Program-made: the position numbers and the translations under genes
In this document: positions 27,060-35,820 of the stretch, one piece after another
How the letters are laid out: each line of letters begins with the position of its first letter
How positions within the stretch are numbered: the first letter of the stretch is position 1
Assembly (NCBI GenBank): GCA_033762115.1
Contig: JANRLX010000015.1
Location: 1-35,820 of the forward strand
DNA length: 35,820 nt
Source: Verrucomicrobiota bacterium
Lineage (GTDB): Bacteria; Verrucomicrobiota; Verrucomicrobiia; Limisphaerales; SXQI01
Direction of reading: 5' to 3'
Notes under the pieces: model-generated
What the model was told of the DNA's origin: nothing
Databases searched by the model: none
Seen by the model: only the letters and a program-made list of their open reading frames with translations

Positions 27060-29613
27060 ATTGAAACAGATCCAATTGTGGTGGTGGTGCCAGCTTCTGC
27101 AATTTTTCACGCTCCCGTAGACGCCCGGAATTCTTTCGCCCTGCCGGCGTCAATTCCGCCTCTTCGAGGTTTGATAAAATTTCCTTTGCCCGCTCCACCA
27201 CAGATTTGGGAATTCCCGCCAGACGTGCCACCTGAATTCCGTAGCTTTTGTCTGTCCCGCCAGCCACGATCTTGCGCAGGAAAATAATCTGCTCATTCCA
27301 TTCCCGCACGGCCACGTTGAAATTTTTCACACGCGCCAGTCGTCCTGACAGCTCGGTTAATTCATGGTAATGAGTGGCGAACAAAGTCTTGGCCCCTGCC
27401 TGATGATGCAAATATTCAACAATGGACCAGGCAAGACTCAGCCCGTCAAACGTGCTTGTTCCACGTCCGATCTCATCCAAGACAATCAAACTTTTTTGGG
27501 TGGCGTTGTTGAGGATGTTCGCTGTCTCGCTCATCTCCACCATGAAGGTTGATTGGCCGCGTGCCAGATCATCACTCGCGCCGATTCGCGTAAAAATTCG
27601 GTCCAGCAAATCAACCCGCGCCTTCGTTGCAGGAATGAACGAGCCTGTATGGGCCATCAATGCCAGCAGCGCGGTTTGCCGGATATAAGTGCTTTTTCCA
27701 GCCATGTTCGGTCCTGTAATGATTGCGATTTGCTGCTCCCGCGTATCCAGATTGACGTCATTGGGCACGAAGCGCTCCTCCGTTAGTGATTGTTCCAGCG
27801 CAGGATGCCGGCCCTCGCTGATCCGGAGAATCCCTTCATTCCCGATTTCAGGTTTGCAATAGCTGTAAAGCCGGGCTGTTTCCGCAAAACTCCCAAGGGC
27901 ATCCAGTTCCCCCAGGGCCCGCGCTGTCCCCTGCAATCCGGGCAGTTGTGCCAAAACATTTTCACGGACTCGTTGAAACAATTCGTACTCCAGCTTGATG
28001 CTACGCTCCTCAGCGCCGAGGATTTTTCCCTCCATCTCCTTTAATGCCGGTGTGATGAATCGCTCGCCATTGGCCACTGTTTGTTTTCGGATATAATGGG
28101 CAGGCACTTTATCCAGGTGCGATTTCGTTACTTCAATGTAATACCCGAAAACAGAATTAAATCGGATTTTCAGGGTTGTGATCCCTGTCTGCTCCATCTC
28201 TTCCTGCTGCAACTTCGCGATCCAGTCCTTTCCCTCCCTTGTGGCAGCCCGCAATTCATCCAGGCTTGAATCAAAACCGTCCCGGATCATCCCTCCTTCT
28301 TTCAATGCCAGCGGCGGCTCGTCCACAATTGCTTTCCCAATGCTCTCCGCGAGTTCCGGAAAATCCCGCAATTCATTGAGCAACCCTCTGAGCAAGGATG
28401 CCGCCTCGCTTGTTTCTGCGAAAATCTCCTCGGATTCCCTTGTTTGCTGCTCCTTGTCCAACGCCTCCCGCAATGTGCCGCGAATCCCCGGCACTCGCTC
28501 CAAGGCGGCGCGTAATGCGACAAGATCGCGTGCATTTCCTGATCCGATGCTTAACCGGCTCAAGGTTCGTTCAAGGTCACGCACCTCACTGAGATGCAAT
28601 CGAAATTCCTCCAGCTCACGCGCCTGTTTCAGCCAGGTTTCCACAGCGGCTTGGCGCGCCTTGATCCGTTCCTGCGATGCCAGCGGTTGTGTCAGCCAAT
28701 CGCGCAGCTTCCTGGCACCCATCGGCGTGACGGTTCGGTTCAACGCACTGTAGAGAGAGGAATTACGCGGTGCATCAGCCAGCGCGGGTTCAATCACCTC
28801 CAACGTTCTTAATGTTGTGGAATCCAGTGCCAGGAAATCGGAGGGTTCATAAGTTTGCACCCGTGTGATATGCGCCAAATCCCGCCGCAAATGATGTTGC
28901 AGGTAATGCAAGGTGGCGCCACCGGCACCAATGGCTGCCATTCGGCTTTTCAAACCGTAGCCGTCGAGAGTTGCGACTTTAAAATGCTCTCGCAACGTAA
29001 ACAGCGCCGTTTCCGGAGCAAATGTCCAGCCTTCGTAAGGCAGCAGGATTGGGCAGACACCTTTTAACAACTGTGCCAATCTGCTGTCCCCATCCGGATA
29101 AATCACTTCCGCTGGTTTGAGCCGCTCCATTTCAGACAGTAAAGCCGTTTCCGAGTTGACTTCGGTGAGCTTGAATTCGGCGGTAGTCAAGTCAAGCGCC
29201 GCCAGGCCAAACTGCTTCTTCACGGCACAAATTGCCGCGAGATAATTGTTTCGCTCGGCTGAAAGAATCCGATCATCAAAATGAGTCCCGGGGCTGATGA
29301 TCTGGGTTACTTCACGCCGCACCAACTGCCCAGGTCGCGCATCCTCCACCTGATCGCAGATTGCCACTTTTCTCCCTGCCCGAAGAATCCTGGCGATGTA
29401 ATTATTCGCGGCATGGAAGGGAATTCCGCACATTGGCGTCGAACCACGGCGAGTCAGGGCCACATTTAGAATCTGTGAACCGGCCTGGGCATCTTCAAAA
29501 AACATTTCGTAAAAATCCCCCAGGCGAAAAAGAAGAAGTGCATCTGCCGGCAGTTCGCTTTTGATTCTGCGATACTGCGCCATCATCGGCGTCAATTGGG
29601 GATCATTGGGCAC
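27058..29613 (-). CDS. mutS: DNA mismatch repair protein MutS
   Basis: TPMMAQY, FRLGDFYEMF, TGPNMAGKSTYIRQ, FTRIGASDDLARGQSTFMVEM, DEIGRGTSTFDG, SYGIQVARLAG, C-terminal clamp motif QLDLF. Confidence 0.98.
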   Translation of the reverse strand: MPNDPQLTPMMAQYRRIKSELPADALLLFRLGDFYEMFFEDAQAGSQILNVALTRRGSTPMCGIPFHAANNYIARILRAGRKVAICDQVEDARPGQLVRREVTQIISPGTHFDDRILSAERNNYLAAICAVKKQFGLAALDLTTAEFKLTEVNSETALLSEMERLKPAEVIYPDGDSRLAQLLKGVCPILLPYEGWTFAPETALFTLREHFKVATLDGYGLKSRMAAIGAGGATLHYLQHHLRRDLAHITRVQTYEPSDFLALDSTTLRTLEVIEPALADAPRNSSLYSALNRTVTPMGARKLRDWLTQPLASQERIKARQAAVETWLKQARELEEFRLHLSEVRDLERTLSRLSIGSGNARDLVALRAALERVPGIRGTLREALDKEQQTRESEEIFAETSEAASLLRGLLNELRDFPELAESIGKAIVDEPPLALKEGGMIRDGFDSSLDELRAATREGKDWIAKLQQEEMEQTGITTLKIRFNSVFGYYIEVTKSHLDKVPAHYIRKQTVANGERFITPALKEMEGKILGAEERSIKLEYELFQRVRENVLAQLPGLQGTARALGELDALGSFAETARLYSYCKPEIGNEGILRISEGRHPALEQSLTEERFVPNDVNLDTREQQIAIITGPNMAGKSTYIRQTALLALMAHTGSFIPATKARVDLLDRIFTRIGASDDLARGQSTFMVEMSETANILNNATQKSLIVLDEIGRGTSTFDGLSLAWSIVEYLHHQAGAKTLFATHYHELTELSGRLARVKNFNVAVREWNEQIIFLRKIVAGGTDKSYGIQVARLAGIPKSVVERAKEILSNLEEAELTPAGRKNSGRLREREKLQKLAPPPQLDLFQ

Positions 29614-29936
29614 TCAGGCAATTCTGGAAGTGATTCAGATGGAAGTCATCACATAAAATCCGCTGTTTTGCGAAAGAAAATCCGAAACTGATGCACTTAA
29701 CTCTCACATGAAATTCAGGCGGCTAGCGTGACAAATGTTGGATCAAAACAATGCGGATTAACGCTCATTCATCGCTCTTCCCGGCTGATGAAGAAACATT
29801 TTTTCACTGCTGATTCCTCTCCATCGTCGAAAAATATTTTAAGATATTTGCGAAAAAGACTAGTCAACAAAAATTATTTTTGCTTAATGAGTGGTGAACC
29901 TATGAAATATACTGAATCGATCGGAGGTGAAATTCA

Positions 29937-30023
29937 GTGGCCGTAGCTAAGAAAAAAACAACAACTGCAAAAGCGAGCGCTAAAAAAGCACCTGCTAAAA
30001 AAACAACCTCCAAGAAGAAATAA
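29937..30023 (+). CDS. 28-aa Lys/Ala-rich histone-H1-like micropeptide
   Basis: SD GGAGGTGA at 29923-29930, GTG 29937, MAVAKKKTTTAKASAKKAPAKKTTSKKK*, followed by a long hairpin. Below the ORF-track cutoff. Confidence 0.75.
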   Translation: MAVAKKKTTTAKASAKKAPAKKTTSKKK

Positions 30024-30041
30024 CTAATTGTCGGTTTTTCA

Positions 30042-30087
30042 CCGGGATGGAAAGTCCCGGCTCAACGGTTCGGGACTTCCATCCTGG
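30042..30087 (+). terminator. long stem-loop (terminator or stabiliser) between the micropeptide and the exonuclease
   Basis: CCGGGATGGAAAGTCCCG ... CGGGACTTCCATCCTGG, about 17-bp stem with one bulge and one G-U; weak U-tract. Confidence 0.55.
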
Positions 30088-30107
30088 CTACTTCGTCCCC
30101 CTCTCTC

Positions 30108-30827
30108 ATGGCAACCCTTGTCTTCGATATTGAAACCTCTGCTCTCTCTCTTGAGCATTTCGATGAATCGCAGCAGGAGTACCTGTTTCGAGAAGCGAAT
30201 CGCATTCCGGACCTCACCGCTGCCGAGCAAAAACGGGCCGAAATCCATCGCCAGTTCAACCTCTGGCCGCTCACTGCGCGCGTTGTTTGCCTTGCCATGC
30301 TCAACTCTGACACCGCCCGGGGGCAGGTGCTTTTTATTTCAGACGATTTTGAACCGGAAGGGGATGAAGCCGGGCCTGTGGAATTTGTCCCTTGCATGGA
30401 TGAAGCGGAGCTTCTGACCGCATTTTGGGACGTTGCCCGACATTATGATAATATCGTGACCTTTAACGGTCGGGGATTTGATGTTCCATTTATTTATCTT
30501 CGATCTGCGCTGCTGAATGTCCAAATCACCCGCAAAGATTGGCTTGGTTACCGTTACCAGACCGAACCGCACTGCGATCTTGCGGAACAACTTACCTTTT
30601 ATTGCGTGAGCGGAAAGGACGGCGCCGCCCGCCGTTTTAATCTCGATTTTTACTGCAAAGCATTTGGTATCGAATCGCCGAAAGCCCACGGCGTTACCGG
30701 CATGGATGTAAACGACTTGATGGAAGCCGGGCAGTTCCGTGAAATCGCCGAATATTGCCTGCGCGATGTCCGCGCTACCGTCACCCTTTATCACATCTGG
30801 AAAGAACGACTCTCGGGAATCAAGTAG
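30108..30827 (+). CDS. PolB-related 3'-5' exonuclease (DEDDy, RNase H-like fold)
   Basis: ExoI FDIET, ExoII TFNGRGFD, HCDL, ExoIII EYCLRDV. Confidence 0.88.
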   Translation: MATLVFDIETSALSLEHFDESQQEYLFREANRIPDLTAAEQKRAEIHRQFNLWPLTARVVCLAMLNSDTARGQVLFISDDFEPEGDEAGPVEFVPCMDEAELLTAFWDVARHYDNIVTFNGRGFDVPFIYLRSALLNVQITRKDWLGYRYQTEPHCDLAEQLTFYCVSGKDGAARRFNLDFYCKAFGIESPKAHGVTGMDVNDLMEAGQFREIAEYCLRDVRATVTLYHIWKERLSGIK

Positions 30828-30844
30828 ACCAGATCAGATTAAAA

Positions 30845-31253
30845 TTAAGGAAAGAGTTTGATTTCTTTCCATAATTTTCGGGCTTCCAATTGCCGGGGCT
30901 GATTCAATTGCAAGCGGTTCTCCGTTGCTCGTCCAATAGCTGTTTTTCCGCAAACATAAAGTTTATCCCTGATTTTGAAATGATCAGCCCATTTGTCTTG
31001 TCGTGGATTAAACAAACGTTCTTCCTTGCCTGATTTCAGGTCTTTTCCTGTTATATGATAAGACTTTGCTCGATTGCACGGCATGCACGAAAGCGCATAG
31101 TTTTCAATTTCGTTCACGCCGTCTTTGACGCGCGGATGAATATGTTCAATGTGAAACGCGTATCCAGTGACTTCTTCCGGTGCATGGCAATATTCACAGG
31201 CGATAGCCCGCTCGCTTACGGACGATTTCCTTCTGTTCCTGTTTGCTCGCCAT
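30845..31253 (-). pseudogene. HNH endonuclease with a 1-nt frameshift near 31199-31200
   Basis: ATG 31253 (TGATG-coupled) gives MASKQEQKEIVRKRAGYRL*. Removing one C of CGCCTGT restores ...RAGYRCEYCHAPEEVTGYAFHIEHIHPRVKDGVNEIENYALSCMPCNRAK...LFNPRQDKW.DHF...IGRAT (135 aa). Confidence 0.8.
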
Positions 31254-31747
31254 CAGCGATGATGCAAAGCCTTTTTAGGATGTTGCGCTCTCTTGCGATC
31301 AATCGAGTTGTTCCGTGAACGCTGGGCCATAAGAGCACGACGCTGGGAGACAAGCATCCGCGCATTTGCCATTGTTAATTGATGCGCTTTTTCGGACAAT
31401 TCATCCAGTTCGCGCAATTCATCCCTGCTCAATTCCCTTTCACTATGGCTTGTCATTAATTCATCCAACCGCTTTTGCTCGGCAATAGTGAGTTTTTCCA
31501 GAACTGGTTTGGGCTTTTCGAATGCAATTACCTCCTCAATGCTGACATCACAAGTCTCGCAAATTGCCCCTACAATCCTGGTGTCGATTTTTTGGATCGG
31601 CTTCAGAGTGGTAAGTCGGTAAAGGCTCTTGGGATTGACGTTGAGCCCGGCAGCCTTCAACCTTTCATGCAAATCTGAAATGTTCAGGCGGCATTTTCTC
31701 AGGATTTGCGGTAATCGTGAGTAGGCAACTGGTAAACTGTTAATCAT
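31253..31747 (-). CDS. Xre/Cro-type HTH protein with a C-terminal helical domain (putative antitoxin)
   Basis: RLPQILRK..LNISDL...VNPKSLYRL...AICETCDVSIEEVI HTH; helical EQKRLDELM...ELSRDELRELDEL; translationally coupled to the HNH gene. Confidence 0.8.
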   Translation of the reverse strand: MINSLPVAYSRLPQILRKCRLNISDLHERLKAAGLNVNPKSLYRLTTLKPIQKIDTRIVGAICETCDVSIEEVIAFEKPKPVLEKLTIAEQKRLDELMTSHSERELSRDELRELDELSEKAHQLTMANARMLVSQRRALMAQRSRNNSIDRKRAQHPKKALHHR

Positions 31748-31753
31748 ATGGGT

Positions 31754-31781
31754 ATGATACCACTCAGATGGTAAATGGAAA
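31754..31781 (-). promoter_or_regulatory. leaderless extended -10 promoter with a palindromic operator
   Basis: Minus strand TTTCCA-N16-TATCAT with TGn extension, 6 nt before ATG 31747; palindrome TACCA-CTCAGA-TGGTA (31758-31773) in the spacer. Confidence 0.5.
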
Positions 31782-31911
31782 GCAAATCGTTTCCCTTTGT
31801 TTCACACTGTTCTTATTGAAGCGGCTTTGCCGATGGCACGAAAGTGGAATGCCGCAAAAATGCGAACGGAATGTAGGCTGCTGATCGGCAATTGCTCTGC
31901 GGAGCGTTTCT

Positions 31912-33537
31912 ATGAAATGGATTGCATTATTACTCGCAGTATTGGCCAGCGCGACGTTTGCTGGTGAGGTTGAAACGGAACTGGCTTCTGCGCCACAGTT
32001 CAAGGGACTCGGACGACACCATCACCCCATCACCACAAAATGGAAACTGGCGCAACGTTACTTCGACCAGGGGATGGTGTTGCTTTACAACTTCAATCAC
32101 GCGGAGGCGATTCGATCTTTCGAAGCCGCCGCGAAGGTGGATCCCGAGTGCGCGATGGCGTATTGGGGAATCGCGCTGGCTTTGGGACCGAATATCAATG
32201 CGCCAATGGAGGAATCAGCGGTAACCAAAGCATGGGAGGCAATTCAACGCGCAATTGCGCTAAAGGAAAAAGCTTCACAGCCGGAGCGGGATTATATTGA
32301 TGCGCTGGCAACACGTTACACAAAGGAGCCGGTGAATGACCGTTCCGAACTGGACCAGGCATTTGCCAGGGCAACGGAAGTGGTCGCAAAAAAATACCCG
32401 GAAGACATGGATGCGCAGGTGCTCTATGCAGAGGCTTTGATGGATACTTCTCCATGGAATTACTGGCAGGAGGACCTGACCGCCAAACCAAATGCAGCGG
32501 CGGCGTTGCAGGCGCTGGAGCCTGTGCTGAGGAGCAAAAAGGCACACATGGGTGCCGACCATTTATATATCCACCTGGTGGAGGCGGGGCCCACTCCTGA
32601 AAAAGGCGTGCCGAGCGCGGAGCGGATTGGAAGTTTGGCGCCACGCGCAGGTCATCTCGTGCACATGGCTTCACACATTTATGTGCGGGTGGGCCGGTAC
32701 CACGAGGCTTCAAGCGTGAATGAAAAAGCCGTGAAAGTGGATGAAGGTTACATCAAACAGGTGAACCCGACGGGATTGTATCCTGGAGGTTACTACCCTC
32801 ATAATTTGCATTTTCTATGGTATGCGACGGACCTGGAAGGGCGAAGTGAGTTGAGCATCCAGACTGCCCGAAAGCTCTCGAATTACACGCTGGATCTGCG
32901 TTGCGGAGCGGTGGAAGGACCGCGCCAGCGTTATCTGCCACTGCTGGCAAATGCACGCTTTGGAAAATGGAACGAGGTAATCTCGTCCACGCCACCCGCA
33001 CGGGATTACCCCTTTGACCTGGCGATGAGTCATTACGCACGAGGGGTGGCCTTTGCCGCCCTGGGAAAAGTTCAGGAAGCCGAATTGGAACTCCAGCAGT
33101 TTGTTGCGTTAAAGGAAAGTGAAACAGTCAAGGCTCTGGACAACCCCTACTTTCCCGGCAGCGGGATTCTTGCAGTGGCGGAACCGATGCTGCGGGGAAA
33201 GATCGCAGCAGCGCGAGGAGAGAGTGGTAAAGCGGTGGAGCAGCTGCGTGAAGCAGTAAAGCAGGAAAAGGCCTTGCCATACATGGAGCCGCCATTCTGG
33301 TATTATTCAGCACGGTTGTCTCTTGGCGCAGCGTTGTTGAAAGCAGGGGAAGCTGCGGAAGCGGAAAAAGTATTTCGTGAAGACTTGAAGAGTTTGCCTG
33401 CGAATGGATGGGCCCTCTACGGCCTGCACGAAAGCTTGAAAGCGCAGAAGAAGCAATCGGAAGCACTTGTGGTGAAGAAGCAGTTCGACCGCGCGTGGAA
33501 GCATGCGGATGTGAATCTGGACCTGGATTGGTTTTAA
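31912..33537 (+). CDS. exported TPR-repeat protein with His-rich motifs
   Basis: Signal peptide; AQRYFDQG...FNHAEAIRSF, CAMAYWG.A.ALGPNIN, HMGADHLYIH, GHLVHMASHIY, PANGWALYGL, F.RAW..AD. Confidence 0.85.
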   Translation: MKWIALLLAVLASATFAGEVETELASAPQFKGLGRHHHPITTKWKLAQRYFDQGMVLLYNFNHAEAIRSFEAAAKVDPECAMAYWGIALALGPNINAPMEESAVTKAWEAIQRAIALKEKASQPERDYIDALATRYTKEPVNDRSELDQAFARATEVVAKKYPEDMDAQVLYAEALMDTSPWNYWQEDLTAKPNAAAALQALEPVLRSKKAHMGADHLYIHLVEAGPTPEKGVPSAERIGSLAPRAGHLVHMASHIYVRVGRYHEASSVNEKAVKVDEGYIKQVNPTGLYPGGYYPHNLHFLWYATDLEGRSELSIQTARKLSNYTLDLRCGAVEGPRQRYLPLLANARFGKWNEVISSTPPARDYPFDLAMSHYARGVAFAALGKVQEAELELQQFVALKESETVKALDNPYFPGSGILAVAEPMLRGKIAAARGESGKAVEQLREAVKQEKALPYMEPPFWYYSARLSLGAALLKAGEAAEAEKVFREDLKSLPANGWALYGLHESLKAQKKQSEALVVKKQFDRAWKHADVNLDLDWF

Positions 33538-33589
33538 GCACGGCCAATCCATGCGGGCTGACCATCACACCGGGAAAACCTGTGGGTGG

Positions 33590-34321
33590 TCAGTCTGCGA
33601 TATTTTTAAGGACCCATTTAACCAAATCGCTTGCGGCTTCCAGGGCGCTATAAACATCAGTATCCCCCTGGGTTGAAGAGGTCGTCGGGACAGGAACCTG
33701 TTCGGCAGCCTTCCTGCGGCGTTCACGCTCCAGTTCCTCCCGTTCCCGCATGCGGGATTTGTCCATGCCACCCGAACGGATAAAGGTGATGATCTGGTGA
33801 AGCTCGTGCCGGTCAAACCACGTGCCGTGCCCTTTGCAAACGTCAACAACCACTCCGGAACAATTGGCAAAATTGATTCGGTGCATGAGATTTCTGCACT
33901 CGGGACAGGGAACATAGCGGATTTTCATCGAAGCCGAGATGGACGATGAGGGAATCTCGACTGCACTGCCAAGGACTGCGCTTTGCTGTTCGGCATCGTG
34001 GGCAATTTGTTCGAAAGAAACCTTATCGACCCACAACCCCTGGCAACCAGGGCAATCATGCAGGATTACTTTGCCAACTCGCGATTCCACGAGATTTGAT
34101 TTGCAGGATGGGCAAAGCAGATTGACCTGTTCCCCTTCCTCACGTGCAGCACGCGCGCCACAATGTGGACAAAAACGGGTGCCTTTGAAGATCATTCCAA
34201 AACATTTGGGGCAGGAGACGGTGGCAAGGGCTGCGCCACAATGAGAGCAACGCGAATCACGGGTTGAAGCAACAGCCCCACAAGAAAAACAATGCAATGT
34301 GCCTGCGTGTTTCTTTTCCAT
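33590..34321 (-). CDS. multi-zinc-ribbon protein (double zinc ribbon plus two TFIIB-type zinc fingers)
   Basis: CFSC, CSHC, CPKC, CPHC, CPSC, CPGC.GLWVD, CPEC, CKGHGTWFD; ATG 34321 just after the Hsp70 stop. Confidence 0.82.
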   Translation of the reverse strand: MEKKHAGTLHCFSCGAVASTRDSRCSHCGAALATVSCPKCFGMIFKGTRFCPHCGARAAREEGEQVNLLCPSCKSNLVESRVGKVILHDCPGCQGLWVDKVSFEQIAHDAEQQSAVLGSAVEIPSSSISASMKIRYVPCPECRNLMHRINFANCSGVVVDVCKGHGTWFDRHELHQIITFIRSGGMDKSRMREREELERERRRKAAEQVPVPTTSSTQGDTDVYSALEAASDLVKWVLKNIAD

Positions 34322-34323
34322 GC

Positions 34324-35820
34324 TCAGGTTTTCATTCGGACATTCAGTTCCAGCTTCCACTGACCGGCTCCGTCACGTTCAATGCAACGAAGTTCGAGCA
34401 TGCCAAGCTCAGTCACTGCAGCCTGAAGGTTGACTGGAATAATTGTTCCAGAGTTGTGCCTGCCTGGAGGCAAGGTGGCCTGGATGGGGGCCAGTTCTTC
34501 CAATTCATCGTTTCCAGTGGCGTCTTCCAACAAATCACCGGCTTTATCCCCCCGCCGAGTGGATGAAGCGAAGAACCGGAAATCAGCGGATTCTCCGACG
34601 ATAAGACCAAATTCCTGCGGCGGAATTTCCGCAGCAGTTCCCTCTTCCATCCCAAATGGGGCAAGGCAGAGCGCCTTGACGGGAGGTTCGAAACCGGGGA
34701 CAGCAGGCATGGCGGATTCAATGCCGACATAATAGGCACGGGCTGTGCCACCACGGATGCGGATGCCGCGTCCCTGCCGAACCCAACCGTAATATGCAGC
34801 GCCGCGGGCCACGGCGAGATCGAATTCAACGCCGGGAAGCTCCCTCAATGAGGGAGATTGTTCCAGGGCGAGCCATTCATTCAAAGTTTCCAGAACGCGC
34901 TGACGGAGAGCAGCTGCCTTGAAAACGCCACCATTAAAAAGAATCGCGGTAGGGTGAAGAAACTTTTCTCCAGCAACAGGAACGGAGCTCTGGGGACTAT
35001 TTCGCAACGCGCTGATTTGACGCGAAAGAAACGCAGCGATATGACGAGTGACGGCAGGATCCTGGGCGTAAGGCAGAGCCATTTGCGTCAGGCCGGTTCG
35101 ACGGGTGGCCTGGGGAAGATCAGTAGCGGCTACTTTTGGAAAGAAGCCGTTCGTCAACAACGATTCCAGGTCGGTACGGGAGAGTTCGACCCTGATCGTC
35201 CCGCCCACAAGAGCTGACCCACGGCTGGGCACAGTGATGCTCGTCTTGTCGAGGGCAGGGTTATTGAAAAGGGATTCCTTGGCTTCGCGACATCCGAATG
35301 TGAGTGAATTCAATTGCCATTGATCGAGTTTTTTTCCCTGGGTGGCGAGGCGTTGATTCAAGGTATGCGAAAGCGCGAGATCCATGTTGTCTCCACCAAG
35401 CAGGATATGATCACCGACCGCAAGCCGTGTGAGTTCGAGATTTCCCTCGCGTTCTGTAACAGCAATGAGAGAAAGATCAGTCGTGCCACCTCCCACATCG
35501 ACCACGAGAATAATGTCCCCAACCTTGAGATGCTTGCGGAATTGTTCACTCGTTGATTCGATCCAGGCGTAAAGGGCGGCTTGAGGTTCCTCAAGGAGCG
35601 TGACGTTGGGAAGGCCTGCCTGGCGGGCAGCCTGCAAGGTGAGGTCACGGGCAGCAGCATCAAAGGAGGCAGGAACGGTAATGACAACTTCCTGCTGATT
35701 TAGCGGTTTGGCAGGAAACTGGTGGTTCCAGGACTGGTGCAAATGCTCAAGGTAACGTTGGCTTGCTTCCAGGGGAGAAATTTTGGGGATTTCCACCGAG
35801 GCCATCCAGGGAAGAAGAGG
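34324..35820 (-). CDS. Hsp70/DnaK-like protein (atypical C-terminus), 5' end outside the window
   Basis: VVITVPASFD, LLEEPQAA, VVDVGGGTTD, LLGGDNMD, LFNGGVF, DLAVARGAAYYG. The N-terminal phosphate-1 motif is absent and the frame is open to the window edge. Confidence 0.9.
   Translation of the reverse strand, partial: PLLPWMASVEIPKISPLEASQRYLEHLHQSWNHQFPAKPLNQQEVVITVPASFDAAARDLTLQAARQAGLPNVTLLEEPQAALYAWIESTSEQFRKHLKVGDIILVVDVGGGTTDLSLIAVTEREGNLELTRLAVGDHILLGGDNMDLALSHTLNQRLATQGKKLDQWQLNSLTFGCREAKESLFNNPALDKTSITVPSRGSALVGGTIRVELSRTDLESLLTNGFFPKVAATDLPQATRRTGLTQMALPYAQDPAVTRHIAAFLSRQISALRNSPQSSVPVAGEKFLHPTAILFNGGVFKAAALRQRVLETLNEWLALEQSPSLRELPGVEFDLAVARGAAYYGWVRQGRGIRIRGGTARAYYVGIESAMPAVPGFEPPVKALCLAPFGMEEGTAAEIPPQEFGLIVGESADFRFFASSTRRGDKAGDLLEDATGNDELEELAPIQATLPPGRHNSGTIIPVNLQAAVTELGMLELRCIERDGAGQWKLELNVRMKT

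Noticed and set aside
29728..29946. 72-aa ORF upstream of the micropeptide
   Set aside because: Spans an AT-rich promoter-like region with no RBS; the SD-led 28-aa frame explains the 3' end better.
30834..31769. TCAGAT at both sides of the HTH-HNH cassette as a target-site duplication
   Set aside because: A 6-bp match is expected by chance, and there is no transposase, integrase or terminal inverted repeat.
31834..31849. TGGCACG sigma54-like -24 element upstream of the TPR gene
   Set aside because: No GC at the -12 position (TGGCACGAAAGTGGAA).

Overview
Bacterial chromosomal window, probably from the PVC superphylum (Verrucomicrobiota-like; inferred from gene content, not verified). Left part (1-9.3 kb): an RND efflux permease (partial) plus MFP adaptor and an LpxR-family outer-membrane barrel flank a GAF-AAA+-Fis sigma54 activator. 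Both flanking units carry matching sigma54 promoter architectures (-24/-12 box, IHF-like site, GTWCGA-N6-TCGWAC palindrome about 95 bp upstream). Two hypotheticals and a TetR follow. Middle: metallophosphoesterase convergent with a cNMP-binding protein; a Tat-exported alkaline-phosphatase-fold protein plus a membrane protein; dprA with a candidate LexA box; a Tro/Mnt/Ytg-type metal ABC operon with an inserted OprB-like porin and a permease-DtxR fusion (Chlamydia YtgCR-like) running directly into lhr-pdeM; DUF4912 plus GH57 branching enzyme; a secreted CxxC thioredoxin-fold protein; mutS. Right: a 28-aa histone-H1-like micropeptide missing from the ORF track, a DEDD exonuclease, an HTH/HNH toxin-antitoxin-like pair whose HNH gene has a 1-nt frameshift, a His-motif TPR protein, a multi-zinc-ribbon protein and a partial Hsp70-like gene. 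No rRNA, tRNA, CRISPR array or transposase was seen. All family calls come from motif recognition by eye, with no database search.
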